A DNA stretch of 64,000 nt from assembly GCF_009914755.1 (NCBI RefSeq), contig NC_060935.1, one strand, 5' to 3'. How positions within the stretch are numbered: the stretch's first letter is position 1; each line of letters starts with the position of its first letter. The position numbers and the translations under genes were made by a program. The DNA is from the human T2T-CHM13v2.0 reference genome, Homo sapiens. The notes under the pieces are model-generated. The model made no database searches. It saw only the letters and a program-made list of their open reading frames with translations, and was not told where the DNA came from. Positions 30,025 to 43,239 of this stretch are shown one piece after another.

Positions 30025-30742
30025 CAATATCCTTGTAACTTATAAAACTGACTTGTATAACTTAAGGATATGTTTGTATTATAGTGTTTATCCTTTACAT
30101 ATAGGAAGCAGTGTCCATATACAATGGTCTCATTCTTTCTCAGGACTATCTACTGTATCTAACTATCTCAGGGAAAGTATGTAAGCAGAGAGCAGAATAC
30201 AGAAGTTGTCTCTAATTTACACAGAGCCACTACCTAAAGTCTCTGTTTAGGAATTGTTTAATAAGATTATATGATGATATTCTTAAACTTTTCCATTAAA
30301 AGAAATCAACAACATCAGAAACACAGCCTTTTTGCAGGTTTTGTGCTGGCCTAATGATGTCTAACACATGAGGCCAGCTACGTAGCAAGATCAGCTTGAA
30401 ATATGAGCAAAAAAACTGTCACAGTGTTTACTATAGCATAGCTATGAAACCACGTTTGTGTTGTGATGGGAAACACCATCACCCTTAGTTAGCATTTTCA
30501 ACACCTAAAATCTAAAGAACAATCCTAGTTTCTAAACTGAAATGATCCAAATTGCAACACAACTGAACTTTCCTCAATACTGACAAGAAGTTTGTCTCAT
30601 ACAAGCAAGTATCCCAAGTACATTTGAAAGAGCAAAGCACTAAGCAAAATGTGACATCATGACGATTCTAAGAATTCAGAGAACTGGAAAGGTGGTGTGT
30701 AATTAGCATCAGAGGAGTGATGACACAGTCAACAACTCTGGA

Positions 30743-30890
30743 AGGCAGCACAAAGTAATGAGAAGAACATGAGGTTTGGAATCAGACTGAAATGAATTTA
30801 AATTCTGCCTCTGTGGCTTGTTAACTCTGACCAAAGATATCAACAAGTTAGTTAACCTTGCAAAGTATCAGTTTTCTCACCTAAAAAAGT
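30743..30890 (+). mobile_element. MIR
   Basis: aggtttggaatcagactgaaatgaatttaaattctgcctctg...caagttagttaacc...cagttttctcacct. Confidence 0.7.
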
Positions 30891-30939
30891 AAGCAAACCT
30901 TCTGCATCTGATGCAAACATTATTTGGGGAATACTCAAT

Positions 30940-31203
30940 AATAATAAAAGCAAACATTCATGTTCCATTTGTTTGTTATATACCATGCTGTTCTAAGTAT
31001 GTACTTGATATAAATTAACTCATTTAATCGTCTTGGCAACTCTAGGAAGTGTGCAATTATATTATCTCCATTTTGCAAATAAGAAATATGAGGTAAGGAA
31101 AGATGAAGTAAATCATTCCAGTTCGTGCAGCTAGTAAGTAGCTGAGATGCATTTTCAACCCAAGTAGTCTGGCTCCAGTCTTGCTCTAAATCACTACATT
31201 ATA
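30940..31203 (-). mobile_element. MIR, near full length
   Basis: attaactcatttaatc...attatctccattttgcaaataagaaatatgagg...cagctagtaagt...gtctggctccag. Confidence 0.8.
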
Positions 31204-34200
31204 GTAACATTATTAAGTTATTTCCCCTCCAACCGCCTTAATTCCAATTCATTCTAGTAAAATACTGAAAATATTTACTTTTAATGAAAGAGGAAATTGA
31301 TCAGTTACCAAGTTATAGTAACAAGAACTATAATGGCAGAAGTTATTTATTGCTATTAATCTTAACTCACCAATAAATATGGTAAGTTGTTACTACACTA
31401 ACTAGTTCTCCAAGATAACAAATATGTTAAACATATTCTTATCTACTAAACAATTATATTATTTAGAGTTATTCCCAGAAAATCTCCAAGTTAGTCTTAA
31501 CCTAACCTTAAGCTAATTCTTCACAATTTTATGACTAATTAAAAGGCTCCTAAATACACATTACAAATCACAGTGAAACAAAAAAGTATATACAAGTTGA
31601 CATATAAGCAAAAAATCATTACTTATAAAAAAACAGAGAGTTCCATACCAGCTAAAGATTGTGGAATCAGTGGCATCTTATAAATGATTTCACAGTATTT
31701 CAGGATCCCTGATACTAAGAAAATATTGTGAGGAATAAGCTCCAAAGGTCATTTCCTCTATCCTCCTTACTAGCCCTCTCCCAATAAAATAATCCCATGA
31801 TAAGCATTGCTCCCATTCTGACTTAAATGTGTTACATTTTTAGAGAAGATAAAGCAACACTCTGACAGAGAGAGACCTTTAAAACAGAGAAAACATCAAT
31901 GAATATCTTTTCAGAACTATGCACTTCCTGACTATTTTGAGAGGAAATGCACTTAGCAAGGGCAGTATAAAACTATACTTTGAGCAATACTTAGCAAATA
32001 ACTGATGCTTCCTAAACCTGCAAATCTTTATATGCTATAACTCCTCAGTAAATGAATTAACCTAGAGCTCTCATTTCTATTTGTTCTCTAAACTACTGTG
32101 GGAAGTCTTTTTCCTACACCCCAACTCCCCCATCTGGTAGCTCCTTAAAGCTCTACAACAACTGAAACACCCACAACACCCTTAATAGTATTAGAACTTG
32201 TTAAAACTGAAATAGTCATAACCTCATTTATATTTAACTTATTATGACAAAGGAGACTATGCAATTTATCATCCTTCTCCCTTAACTCTCCTACTCACTT
32301 TGTCTCCCTGCCTACAACACTATGTAAACCCAATCCATAAGAACAAGTAGCAACATTTCAGCAGAAAACATGGTACACATGCTTTAATACATGCTTCATC
32401 ATACCATTCAACCATTACAATTTCCAAGAAAATACTAAATGTTGCCTCATAGAGCATAAACACATTTCTACTATTTAATTTGAGCTAAAAATAGGCTTTG
32501 CAGATTAGGGCTAGAAAAGATTTTCTATTTTTTGGACAACTAAAATTAGATCATTTTGGTATGCAAAAGACATTATGTACCAAATAAAGCAATAAATTTA
32601 ACTCTAAAGTCCTCCAGCAGGGAGGGCACTGTCTACTATCTTTCTTTGCATGGCCAGAGTTTCAAGGGCCCAGCCTCCATTATCACAGCAATTGGCAAAG
32701 CACCAAAATATGGTGAAGAGATGGCAAGAAACAGACCATAATCAATATCCGTAATTTGTAAATGATGAGACAGAAAATAGAAACAACCAGTTTCTAAACC
32801 AACGAAAGGGAAACAGACATCAAACATTTTGATATCTGGAAGCAGTTCTTTCCCATTACTCCAGAGGCATGTAACACCTTGTAGGGCACAACATGTGCTC
32901 CCAGGGAGTCCCATGGAAGAGGTGAGAGAACAAATGAGTGACAGAGGCATAACAGGTCTTCTCCAACTCACTTTCTCCCTCTCCTCAGGTCCTCGTTTTT
33001 ATTCCATGCCACCCTCTAAATGCAAACTTCAACCTGAAGAGCCAGTAAATGACCAAACTTTCTAGAGGAGTTGTTTATACTAAGTAGGTAGAAATGCTCA
33101 TTTTGGAAGGAGAAAAATTGCTACTATGATCATATCTTGTGATCTATGACTTCAAGTCTTTTTTGATGATGAAGTATAAATAATATACAAATAAGTGAAT
33201 AAACGAACACATTTCCAGACTCTAATACAACCCTGTAATAGGTTAAGAAGGTAAGAGAAATATATGTTTGCCAATCTCAGTCCACCAATATTCTAATCAC
33301 ACTCCCCAAAGGTGATAAATATAAACCATGGAGTTGGAACACTGCCTTCTGCCATCCAAAAAAAAAGGTTCCCAGGCATCAAAATTTTTCTTATCTTGGT
33401 TGAAATGTTGTTTTCCTGTGCCACCCCCCAACAACCTCCCAAAAAACAATTTATGTCATGCTTTTCTGTCCAGTAAGCTGACCAATTCTTTCATTCTCAT
33501 ATATGATTACAGAAGAGAATTTAAACACAACTTTAAAAAAAGATAAAAATCTAAACAAGCCAAGATTAACCATAGCTCAGTGACTTCTTAAAAACAAAGC
33601 TTTTATTGAATATGACCGCTAACGCTGTCCTCAGAGAGTCAATATATCAAGAGTTCTAAAAAGACATTATTCAAGGAGAACAGCTACCTCTGTGCCAGCA
33701 TCTGGTTGACAGGTGGCAGGCATTAAATGTTAATGTTAATGTTAATCTTCAGAAATTTAAACTTTACAAGATTGTGCTTTAAATCTTGAAAACAACCTAT
33801 CATTACTTAGAGGAAGAAAATAATCAGACCTAGTATCTCTTTTGTAGAAAAAGTTACTATTCATGGAAATCTAAACCCTGTTACATGATCACCTTCTAAG
33901 TTATAAACACTGCACTCACCCTAATGTCATCAGGCAGCACACTGCCTGCTGTTCTTCTCACTCACTACTTATCCAACATCTTAGGGCAACCTTCGAAGGG
34001 CAACTAAGCTGTGCTGGGCCAACAGTGTCCCCTGAAAACCATTTCAAATTGTTTGACCCAGGGTTTCTCTCCGTGGAAATTGTGCACACTCATTTACAAG
34101 CCACAGTCCAACTGCCTTTAGCACCCCAATATAATCATTATCTTTGAACACCTCCTATTCCCTCTAACTCAGTGATTCTAAAAATAGGGAGCATAAAGAA

Positions 34201-35728
34201 GAAAGACGTGAGGGTCAGGAAAGTGTTTAGAAACTGGATAAGAAGCAACTTCTCAAAATATTAAACATCCCTTCACTGAGATTCTGATACATCCCTTTTA
34301 GTGTGGCATCATCACCCCACCCCTTGAAATCACAATGCATTAAGAGAAATGTATGTTACTGAAAGGAGAGTCCTTGAAAATATAAAATCAGAAAACTTTA
34401 AACAACTCTTGGGTAATGTCTCTTTTAATCCCATCCCTTATTTTCTCCAGTCATAAGATTTACTTGGGTATTGTGACATCCCTGCAGTTGTTCTAAGATT
34501 AAGGTGATGAATCTTTGGCCTCCTTTTCACTACCCATCACTGTCCTGCATGCTGTTATAGACAAACCACTAACATCTATATGCATCCCCTCACAAAAGGT
34601 ATACATTTTCTTATTATACAATTTTGTGTTTACAAAAGTTACCTAGGATGAAAATGTAGCCAACCGGCAGCTGGATTCCCAGCTTGAATGTAAAAGAAGT
34701 CTACCTCTAGAAGTCTGACATGTTTAGAAAATCTGATAGACCCTTGGGTTGGGGTAACCTGGAAACTGTTTGTAGGAGAAACTCAGATGCCTCCAGGGAA
34801 AATACTATAAAGGAAAAGAAAGAACATGCAAACTGGTTTGCCCTATTGTCCATCACCTGACCCCAAAAGAGATTCTGCATTCTGTGTGGAGTCGCTCACT
34901 AAGATTTATTATTCCCCACTAGCACCCTCCAGCACCCCATGGATTCCTATCTGGGTCATAAAGAAAAAAGAATTCCAAAAAGAACTTAAAGAGAAATTTC
35001 TCACTAGAAACATCTGTAAGACATTAGGAAAAAAAATATTTCTTTTAGAATACATTGCATGGAATACAATGTAGCTCTCACACACCAAGAACGTCAGGTA
35101 GTATGGTAGTACAGCTCAGTTATGGTAGCTTACGGCTGTATAATTGGCTGCAATTTACAACAGTACCTTTTAGCCATGTTGGAGCATCCAAAAACAGCCC
35201 CTCTGTCATAAGTACAAATATCTTTAAGATGGACACTCCCCTAACCCCAAGTAGGGCACAGACACCTCAGGAGATGACCTGCTTCACTGACAAGGCCACA
35301 GAAAGGAACATTGGATTGTAGAGTGTTAACAGTACCTGTGGGCCACCCTTCTGCCCCAACCAGGACCTCCCAGAAGTAATAGAGTATGACTGAGAGGAAA
35401 AAAAGATCCTACAACTTTAGCTGAGAATAAGGGCCAAAGAAATATGGATTATACAGAGCTAATACTATTCACATGTGAATATCTGAAATTGTTTCCCTGG
35501 AATTTAAGTATTTTTGTTTTGATGTTTTTCCATCTCTAAGTAAGTGGCATGCAAGCAATTTCCACTCAAACATCTTCAGGAGAGTTAACACCCATCACTT
35601 CACAAGGTCTGGGTCTCAACTTGCCATATTCTCCACATCTCTCTTTGGTAGAACATGAAACACTTCCACCTCGACTTTCCCTCTCTTTCATTCTCTCTCA
35701 TCCATATAAATATATATAGTTAATATAC

Positions 35729-35850
35729 CGAGTATATTAGCAGTACACTGAAGAATTCCTGAGACATCTTCAATTTCTTCTTTGTTGGAGTGGTCTGCAT
35801 AGGAGCATCTGTTAGAGATATTGTGGAAATTCTTTTCTGCATCCCTGTAA
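35729..35850 (-). CDS. GUCY1A2: GUCY1A2 coding exon 3 (122 nt)
   Basis: Minus strand reads CTAAT (branch-like)...ttgttttcttcttAG|TTACAGGGAT...ATACTCG|GTATAT. In frame with exon 2 it gives (G)YRDAEKNFHNISNRCSYADHSNKEEIEDVSGILQCTANIL(G), matching the GUCY1A2 protein as I recall it. Confidence 0.96.
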
Positions 35851-36283
35851 CTAAGAAGAAAACAAAATTAGCATAAGGAGAAATTTTTGAAAGCATCTGC
35901 GAACGCAACTCATATACACACGCACAAGCACACGCAGTCTATGCTTTCATCATAGTCACATTTTAAAATAAGTGAAGCTTTGAGACATAATTCTGGCATA
36001 ACCCACCATTCACATCAGCATTTGCAGTGTAGACCTGGAACTGGAGGCAACTGTTAACAAGAAAGCTATGTGTGAAAAAAATTGAAGAGAACAAAAAATA
36101 TATCAGCTTTGTACAGCTAATGTATCACTCTGAGAGCACTTCATCAAGGCTAGTGATCTGTTTCTATAAGGAAGCTGCCTAGAAAAGGAAAAGTTAACAA
36201 TGTTAATTTGGTGTCCTGGCATTCAATGGTGTTGAAAGTAAACACACCATAACTTTTGTCACAGTCAAGAAGATAGCAGTATA

Positions 36284-36766
<483 letters not shown>

Positions 36767-37906
36767 TGTAACTGGATATTGGCTGGGACTTTTTGAGTTG
36801 CCTCTGAATGAGAGCTAAGACAAAAAAGCTGAGGACATTAAAGGCCAAATCCTCCCACATTCCAAAGGGGTAGCCAAGAAGACCAGAGCTCTTCTTCAGG
36901 ACTTAAGAGGAGACTAAACAGCCACTGCCCCTGTCACTCTACCACCAGCTTACAGAAGCAAAAGAACAGAAAGACTTCAAAATAAAATCTTCAGAAGAGT
37001 GAGGAGTTGGCCTAGGAAGAGAGTGCTATGGTACTTTTCCCCCTCCCCTCCTAGAAAAGGAGAAAAGGGGAGTGTTCCCTGCAGAAGTCCAGTTGGTGAG
37101 GGGGGTCCACAGCTGGTAGAGATTGGGGATTACCCATCTCATTCCCCAGTGAACATCTGCAGAGGCAGTGGATTTCCTGATCATACTCCCCTGTCTGACT
37201 GATAAGAGGAAGAAGACTCTGGAGAAAGTTATCGACAAGGAAAAGAAATAGAGCAAAATTGGGAGCAACCTAAAGGCCCACCGTTTGGCAGGGCAAATAT
37301 GTGAATTTCCCATGGGTTAGGGAAGAGAGAGGCAAGCTTGAGTTGTCTGGTTGTCATGGTGCTCTTCCAATCTAGAGGCTGCCAGCCAGGGACAGGGCTC
37401 CCACTAGCAAGACCACGAGAGTGAAGTCCTTAGGTGCAGGAGCTGGGGCATCCAAAAGTGTCAGGGCGGAACTCATACATGCACCCTAGTGAGGGCATGA
37501 CAGCCAAGAGAGGACTGCTACAACCCCAATGAAATTTTCCATTTTCCATTTCATTCATGCCTCACCCAATACATCCGAAGAGAAAGGGACACAGAAAAGA
37601 ATGGCCTGGAGAAGAGGAGTGAAAACCCACATCATACACTCTGTCCTGTATTCCAAGTCTCTTAGGCCAAGTCCTGACCCAGACAGAGAAAGCAACATTA
37701 GAGTCAGACTAGATATGAGAGTAAAAATTTAAATTGGTCTAGAGTGAACTTCATAATTCTTGGAAATACTTGGAAAACAGAGCAATCTGTCTAAGCTAAT
37801 ATCGAAGGGGATGTATCCTAGCATGCTTGATGTGAGTGGAGGGAAAAATAAAAAGGTTTCATGTTTGTACACCTCATTGAGATCAGACTCCAATAAACCA
37901 GTTAGG
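36767..37906 (+). mobile_element. Probable ancient Gypsy-type solo LTR (MamGypLTR2-like)
   Basis: Starts TGTAACTGGATATT and ends AATAAACCAGTTA(GG), an imperfect terminal inverted repeat. AATAAA at about 37847. Splits a MIR cleanly. Family assigned from memory. Confidence 0.55.
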
Positions 37907-38029
37907 CAAAATGCTTACTACAGTTTCCAGAATGCAGGAGTCACTCAAGAGGTGGAACAGGGAGCACAGATGTTAAACACAGGCAACCACAGGGTTATTT
38001 TTAATTCAACCTCCACCATTTTTATCAGA

Positions 38030-38192
38030 ATGACCTTAAAAAAGTACTTTTTTCTCTCAACCTCAATTTCCTCATCTGTAAAATGTGCTTAATACAGTAC
38101 TCTTATGCAATATTTTTAGGATTAAATAAAAGATGGAAAGTGCCCAGCATATCTCCTCAAACATAGTAAGCAATCAAGAGATATTAGCTTTT
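38030..38192 (+). mobile_element. MIR 3' half
   Basis: cctcaatttcctcatctgtaaaatg...acatagtaagcaatcaagagatattagc. Confidence 0.8.
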
Positions 38193-39054
38193 GTCTAATT
38201 TGTTTATGTTCAAAAAGATACAGTTTATTTCTATGTAAATATATAAAAAAGAAGCTAGATCATTTTTAGATTAAAATAAGCCACAAAATCTGATCATGAA
38301 AGCTTAAGTAATATCCTTGAAGTTTGTTTCTCAGAGTAATCAGAATTCACCCATTCTTAATTTCACTCTAGTGTTCTACTGAAATTATTCTGGCTTAATT
38401 TCTCCTCAATTGTCAAAAGAAAAAGAGAACAGAAGGTTGGCTGTATAAAACAAACATAGGGCCCACATTAATAATTGGAGCAATACAATTTAATTTTAGA
38501 TGACTATAAGAATTGGTGTCCCAGACTAATATGAGTTTGGCAACAGTCCTATCCATGATATTAACACAGCAATGCTTATTCTGGCAAAAAAAAAAAAAAA
38601 GATAAAATTACTGGCATGGTTCTGAATACATATTTCTTTATTCTTTATTGTTTAAAATATATAGTGAGTGAACACTATATCTCAGAAAGATTATCACATC
38701 TCTCATAGTAGTTCACTGAAGAAATCTGTGCTTCGTCTACCCTGCCATGGCAATCCATTTTTGTGAGCCATAGACCAGTAGGAATCATGTAGTAGAAATA
38801 TGAGTGAGAGCAGTTGGGTCAAGCCCTCTAGAGACAGAAATTTCAGTCAAAAAAAAAAAAATCAACGAAAAAGATGTTCTCTGTGAGAAGAAAACTGCAG
38901 TTAGAACACGAACTGGGCATGTTCACCACCAGATGCTAAACAACAGATTCTAAACTTTAAAAGGCCCAAGGAAGACAGGAAAAGGTTGCAGCAGGAGGAT
39001 AAACTGAAGACAATCCACAAAAGTTGAATTGCAAAAGAGTCATTTACTAACAGT

Positions 39055-39320
39055 AGTAATAATAATTCAATTCATTTATTGATTATCTTTGTGTACCAGG
39101 TACTATGCTAACTACTTTATGTGATTATATGACTTCATACATTATTATCATTAAGATTTCATTTAAACTTCACCACAACCCTGTTATTATTCCCATTTTT
39201 AAAATGAGAAAACTGAGGCTCAGGTATTTTAAGTAACCTTCCCAAGATTATTCATAGCAAAACCTGACTATATGTCTAGTAAGTTTCATATGTCTACTTA
39301 CAAAACACAATCTTTCCACA
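39055..39320 (-). mobile_element. MIR
   Basis: tattattcccatttttaaaatgagaaaactgaggctcagg...aagtaaccttcccaag. Confidence 0.8.
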
Positions 39321-39544
39321 ACATACAAAGAGAAGAAAGGGCACTATGGCAAGAATTATATCAGAAAAAAAGTACCATTATAAACAGACATTCCTCTATC
39401 CTCAGTTGCTTTTAATTTCTAAAGTGAATCCTGCCTGTCTGCTACTGACTTCTTCTGCTCCTCACTAATCTTTCCACCCCACACCACCCAGAAAGTTAGT
39501 CCATTCCCTAGAAGTTTGAGTTAAAGAGCAACTAACATAAAGAT

Positions 39545-40340
39545 GCACATTCAATGCCCCCTTGCTCATTCTAGGTGGAGGAAAGACAGTGCTATGGGAA
39601 CAAGAAGCTCTCCAAGTGAGCATGAATATGTAGAGTTTATATAGTAATCAAAATTTTCCACAAAGTCAACCTGACACGATTGGAGTTTGAGGTAGGTGAT
39701 GGAGAGATACTTTAGACGGGGTGATCAGGGCAGGCTTTCCTGTAGAGAAGACATTTGAACAGAGACCTATATGTATATAAAGAATAAGCCGTGCAAACAT
39801 CTGGGGAAAGAGCATTGCATAAGAATGAAACGATACATACAAAGGCCCTGAAGCTAAGGTTGGTAAGTTGAGAAACCAACAGAAGGTTGAAATGGAGTGA
39901 AAAAAAGGAAAGTGGAAAGGGATGAAATTACAGAGGTAGGCAGAGGCCAGATCACAGAAAGAATTTAGACTTTATTCTACCATAATAAGCCATCATATAG
40001 TTTAAAGCAGGGGGTTCAAAGTGTGATCCCTGGACAAGCAGCATCAGCATTACTTGGGAACTTGACAGAAATGCCAGTTTCTTGAGCCCTATCTGAACCT
40101 AGGAAATCAGAACCTCTGGGAGCAGGGCCCAGTAATACGTGTTTTAACAAGGCTGGCAGGTGATTCTGATGCACATTAACATTTGAGAACCATTGGTTTC
40201 ACATAAGAAGGTGGCATGATGTAATTTTTTAATTGCTTTGCTGTGGTGAAAATACATATTGGCGGACAAAAGTAGAAACCAGAAAATTAGACCAGAATGT
40301 CTTGGTGAGAGATGATGACGATAGTGGAGATGAAGAGAAG
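39545..40340 (-). mobile_element. L2 (antisense) interrupted by MER5A
   Basis: gtgatcagggcaggctttcctgtagagaagacatttgaacagagacct...atctggggaaagagcatt...gaggtaggcagaggccagatcac. Confidence 0.75.
40008..40195. mobile_element. MER5A (hAT-Charlie MITE), about full length
   Basis: cag...caaagtgtgatccctggacaagcagcatcagcattacttgggaacttg...caggtgattctgatgcac...tttgagaaccattg. Confidence 0.88.
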
Positions 40341-42519
40341 ATTTATCACATTGCATGAATAAATTATTTTAGCACTCATTTCCCCAACTTGAATGATCTC
40401 TATGAATAAATAAATGAACAAGTGAATGGATAAATTAAGGAACAGAATAATGTTTAAAGATAAAGTGGATAAAGTACAGAGAGGCTATCTTACTCCCTAA
40501 CAGGAAGCCCCATCAGCTACTCCCTCCCAGTCCTTCTGTCTGTGACCCTTCGAAACAGCTGCTCTCCGCGTTGAAGTCTCAGTCTTGGCAGACACAAAAA
40601 GCCTCAGAGAGTTTCTATGGGCAACCAGTATAAGAATCCAAGGAGCAGAACCGTACAATCCTAGAGCTCTGATAAATAAAACAGATTAAGGGCAGAGTTT
40701 TCAAGGAAAGGAAAAGAAGGTTAGTGGTTGAAGGATAATTAAGAAATTAAAAAGAGAAGGGCTAGCTCATACTCTGTTACCTGTTCTGCTTCAACACCTC
40801 AACACAAGGTATTTAAATGCTGAGTTATTTCAAGACAGCTTTAAGCAAGCCCCATTTCAGAGATTAGGAAAAGCATCTCCTTCCCACCCTCACCTGCCAA
40901 AAAATAACTAAAATTATGCTTGTCGGCACTTACTCTCAATTCTCAATACAGGGATTTCAAAATCCCTTTAACTGTAAGAAACACATTCTTTTTCACAATT
41001 AGAGATAGGAAGCCTTAAATTGTATTTTCTTAAGAGGAACAACATACAGCTGTAAACACTTTTTAGTTCGAGGGTGAGTGATATTAGCTGCTCTGCTTTC
41101 TTGATTGTGAAAAGAGAAATAGAAAGTAGAAAGATGGAGAATAAAAGGCAAAAGAGGAAGTTGGACAGGAAAGTCATCAATGAGAAAAAAGGCAAGAAAG
41201 GGGAATACAGTCAAGAAAGGCAAACGTGACAAAATTGCTGCCAACAGGCCCCCTTTGTCTGCATCAGCATGAATGCAAATAAAGTCAGTGAGCAAAGGTA
41301 CTTCAAGTCCAAGAAATCAGCCAACACCCAAGCAAAAATATGTTAATAGGCCTATTTGAATCATGCCAGACATCAAGACCCCTCTTTATACTGGAGTCAA
41401 ACTCTCTGTTTTCTTTATACTGTGTATGCAATAAACAGAACTAGGAAAAGACCATTCATGCAATAGACAAAGAAGCACCACAGACCATGTCTACATAGGT
41501 AGAAGGGGAGGGCTGAGGCAGCCAGCTGGATAAAAGGGAACTCCCTCCATTCTATCAATGGAGAAAAAACTTTTCTGATTATAGCAATATAGTTTGGTTA
41601 TCTATTTTGATCACATTATAAGAGTCCCACTCCAATTTGCCTTGAAGGTATACTTTAGTTCAAAAATGAGAATATTTCATCAGTTATTTTATTTCGAAAG
41701 CGAAAGAGCATTCATAATCCCAGAAAATTAGACTTTGATGATGGATATTGTCATAAAAATATTAATAATAACGATAAACATAAAAGCAAACAGGTATGTA
41801 GTGCTCACCACATACGAGGAACTATTTTAAGTATACTAACTAATTTAATCCAAACACCATACTTGGAAAGCGGCAAATTCAATGAGAGTGATTAAGTTTT
41901 ATTTCAGGATATGTGGAGAAAGATTAATTTGACATTCTTTATCTCCATTAGGATAAACCATTTTAAATCACTAATGGCCTCAAACTAAAAGCCATCTCAT
42001 GAGTTTAAATAATATGTTTTTCCTAGAACTACACTCTTGAGGATAAGTATGACAAAGTTTCAAAGCAATTCCCTTTTAAATGACAATTAACATAATCATC
42101 AAGCACTTAAAGTATACGGCATTGTACTAGGTACCGAGATTATTTTTCCATTAAGATTTCTTCCCTTCTGTTCTGTGAAAAAAAAATCACACTATACCGT
42201 AATAATCAAAATTATGTTATTGATCCCTATGGCAATGGCTATTAGCCATAAATGTTAAATGATCCTGAGAGCAGTTCAAGAAGTACCACAGTTTGAATCT
42301 TGACTTCTCAAAAGTTCTTAAAATCTTACAAAGATAAATCACTGTACCATATAAAGAATACTAACAAGGTAAATTAAAATATATACATTGCCTCTAATGT
42401 CAATAAATTTAATCTAAAAGCTAGATTGCATGAGTAGGTAAATTTAGGCTTTCATACTTGCCAGCTGCTTTCTGCCACAGCCAATTAGAGGTGTACCTCA
42501 TACTCATTTGGAGCTCTCT

Positions 42520-42700
42520 GTTTACAAAATGCTTTCATTGAAATTACCTCATTTAATCATTACATCTAATCCTTGATTTAGTTATTATTATCATCACAGT
42601 TTAAAAAAGAGATAAAGTTACTTAGTAAAAGATCTATTTGCTAGTGAGGCCTTGAAGTCCTGTCTTTTGACATCAAGTCTTCTTACTTTACACCACATCA
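42520..42700 (-). mobile_element. MIR fragment
   Basis: gtttacaaaatgctttcattgaaattacctcatttaatc...gtcttttgacatcaagtc. Confidence 0.55.
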
Positions 42701-43177
42701 CAACCACTTCAAGAAATAGATGATAATAAAGAAAAATATGTAGCACGTGACTCTAAGTAAACTAATTCCTCTCACTGAACTGTGTTAAGGCTGTAGTGAT
42801 TCTTATCAAACTCTACTTAAGGATTCTAAAATCCCATTCAAAGCATCTGGGTTGGTACCAATAAAGCTCACCACATTAGTAAGGCATAATTATATGATTC
42901 AACATCGGAATAAAAGAGTAAGAACATGAGAAGACTGAGAAAAAAAAGAAAAGCAATACCAGAAAGTAATTTCATTTAAAAGAATTAAGCACAAATAAGC
43001 CAAAAGAAATCACTCCAAGGGACTCCCCCAATAAGCCTTCACGCCCCACACTATGAAAACATAGCCACTATAAAATCAGGTTGACCTGGGTAGCAGAAAA
43101 TCACATACTCAACAGCTATGTTTGAGTAATTACCTTTAATTTGTCCCCAATAATAACCGAAATCAATTTTTACTTAC

Positions 43178-43239
43178 CCAATAACTTGATGTTCATAATA
43201 CTGCAGTGTCCTCTTGAGAGTCTGCTGTATCGTCTGAGG
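43178..43239 (-). CDS. GUCY1A2: GUCY1A2 coding exon 2 (62 nt), soluble guanylate cyclase subunit alpha-2
   Basis: Minus strand reads ...ttattctgtAG|CCTCAGACG...GTTATTGG|GTAAGT, with canonical splice sites. Translates to PQTIQQTLKRTLQYYEHQVIG, which I recognise from the GUCY1A2 N-terminal region. Its phase-2 end joins the next exon in frame. Confidence 0.96.

Noticed and set aside
30743-31203. Tail-to-tail MIR pair as a miRNA-like hairpin
   Set aside because: The copies are too diverged for a visible extended stem.
35720-35908. 62-aa ORF-track ORF over exon 3 as a standalone gene
   Set aside because: It is the +1 frame of GUCY1A2 exon 3 plus intron sequence. It is considered only in the spliced or circular context.
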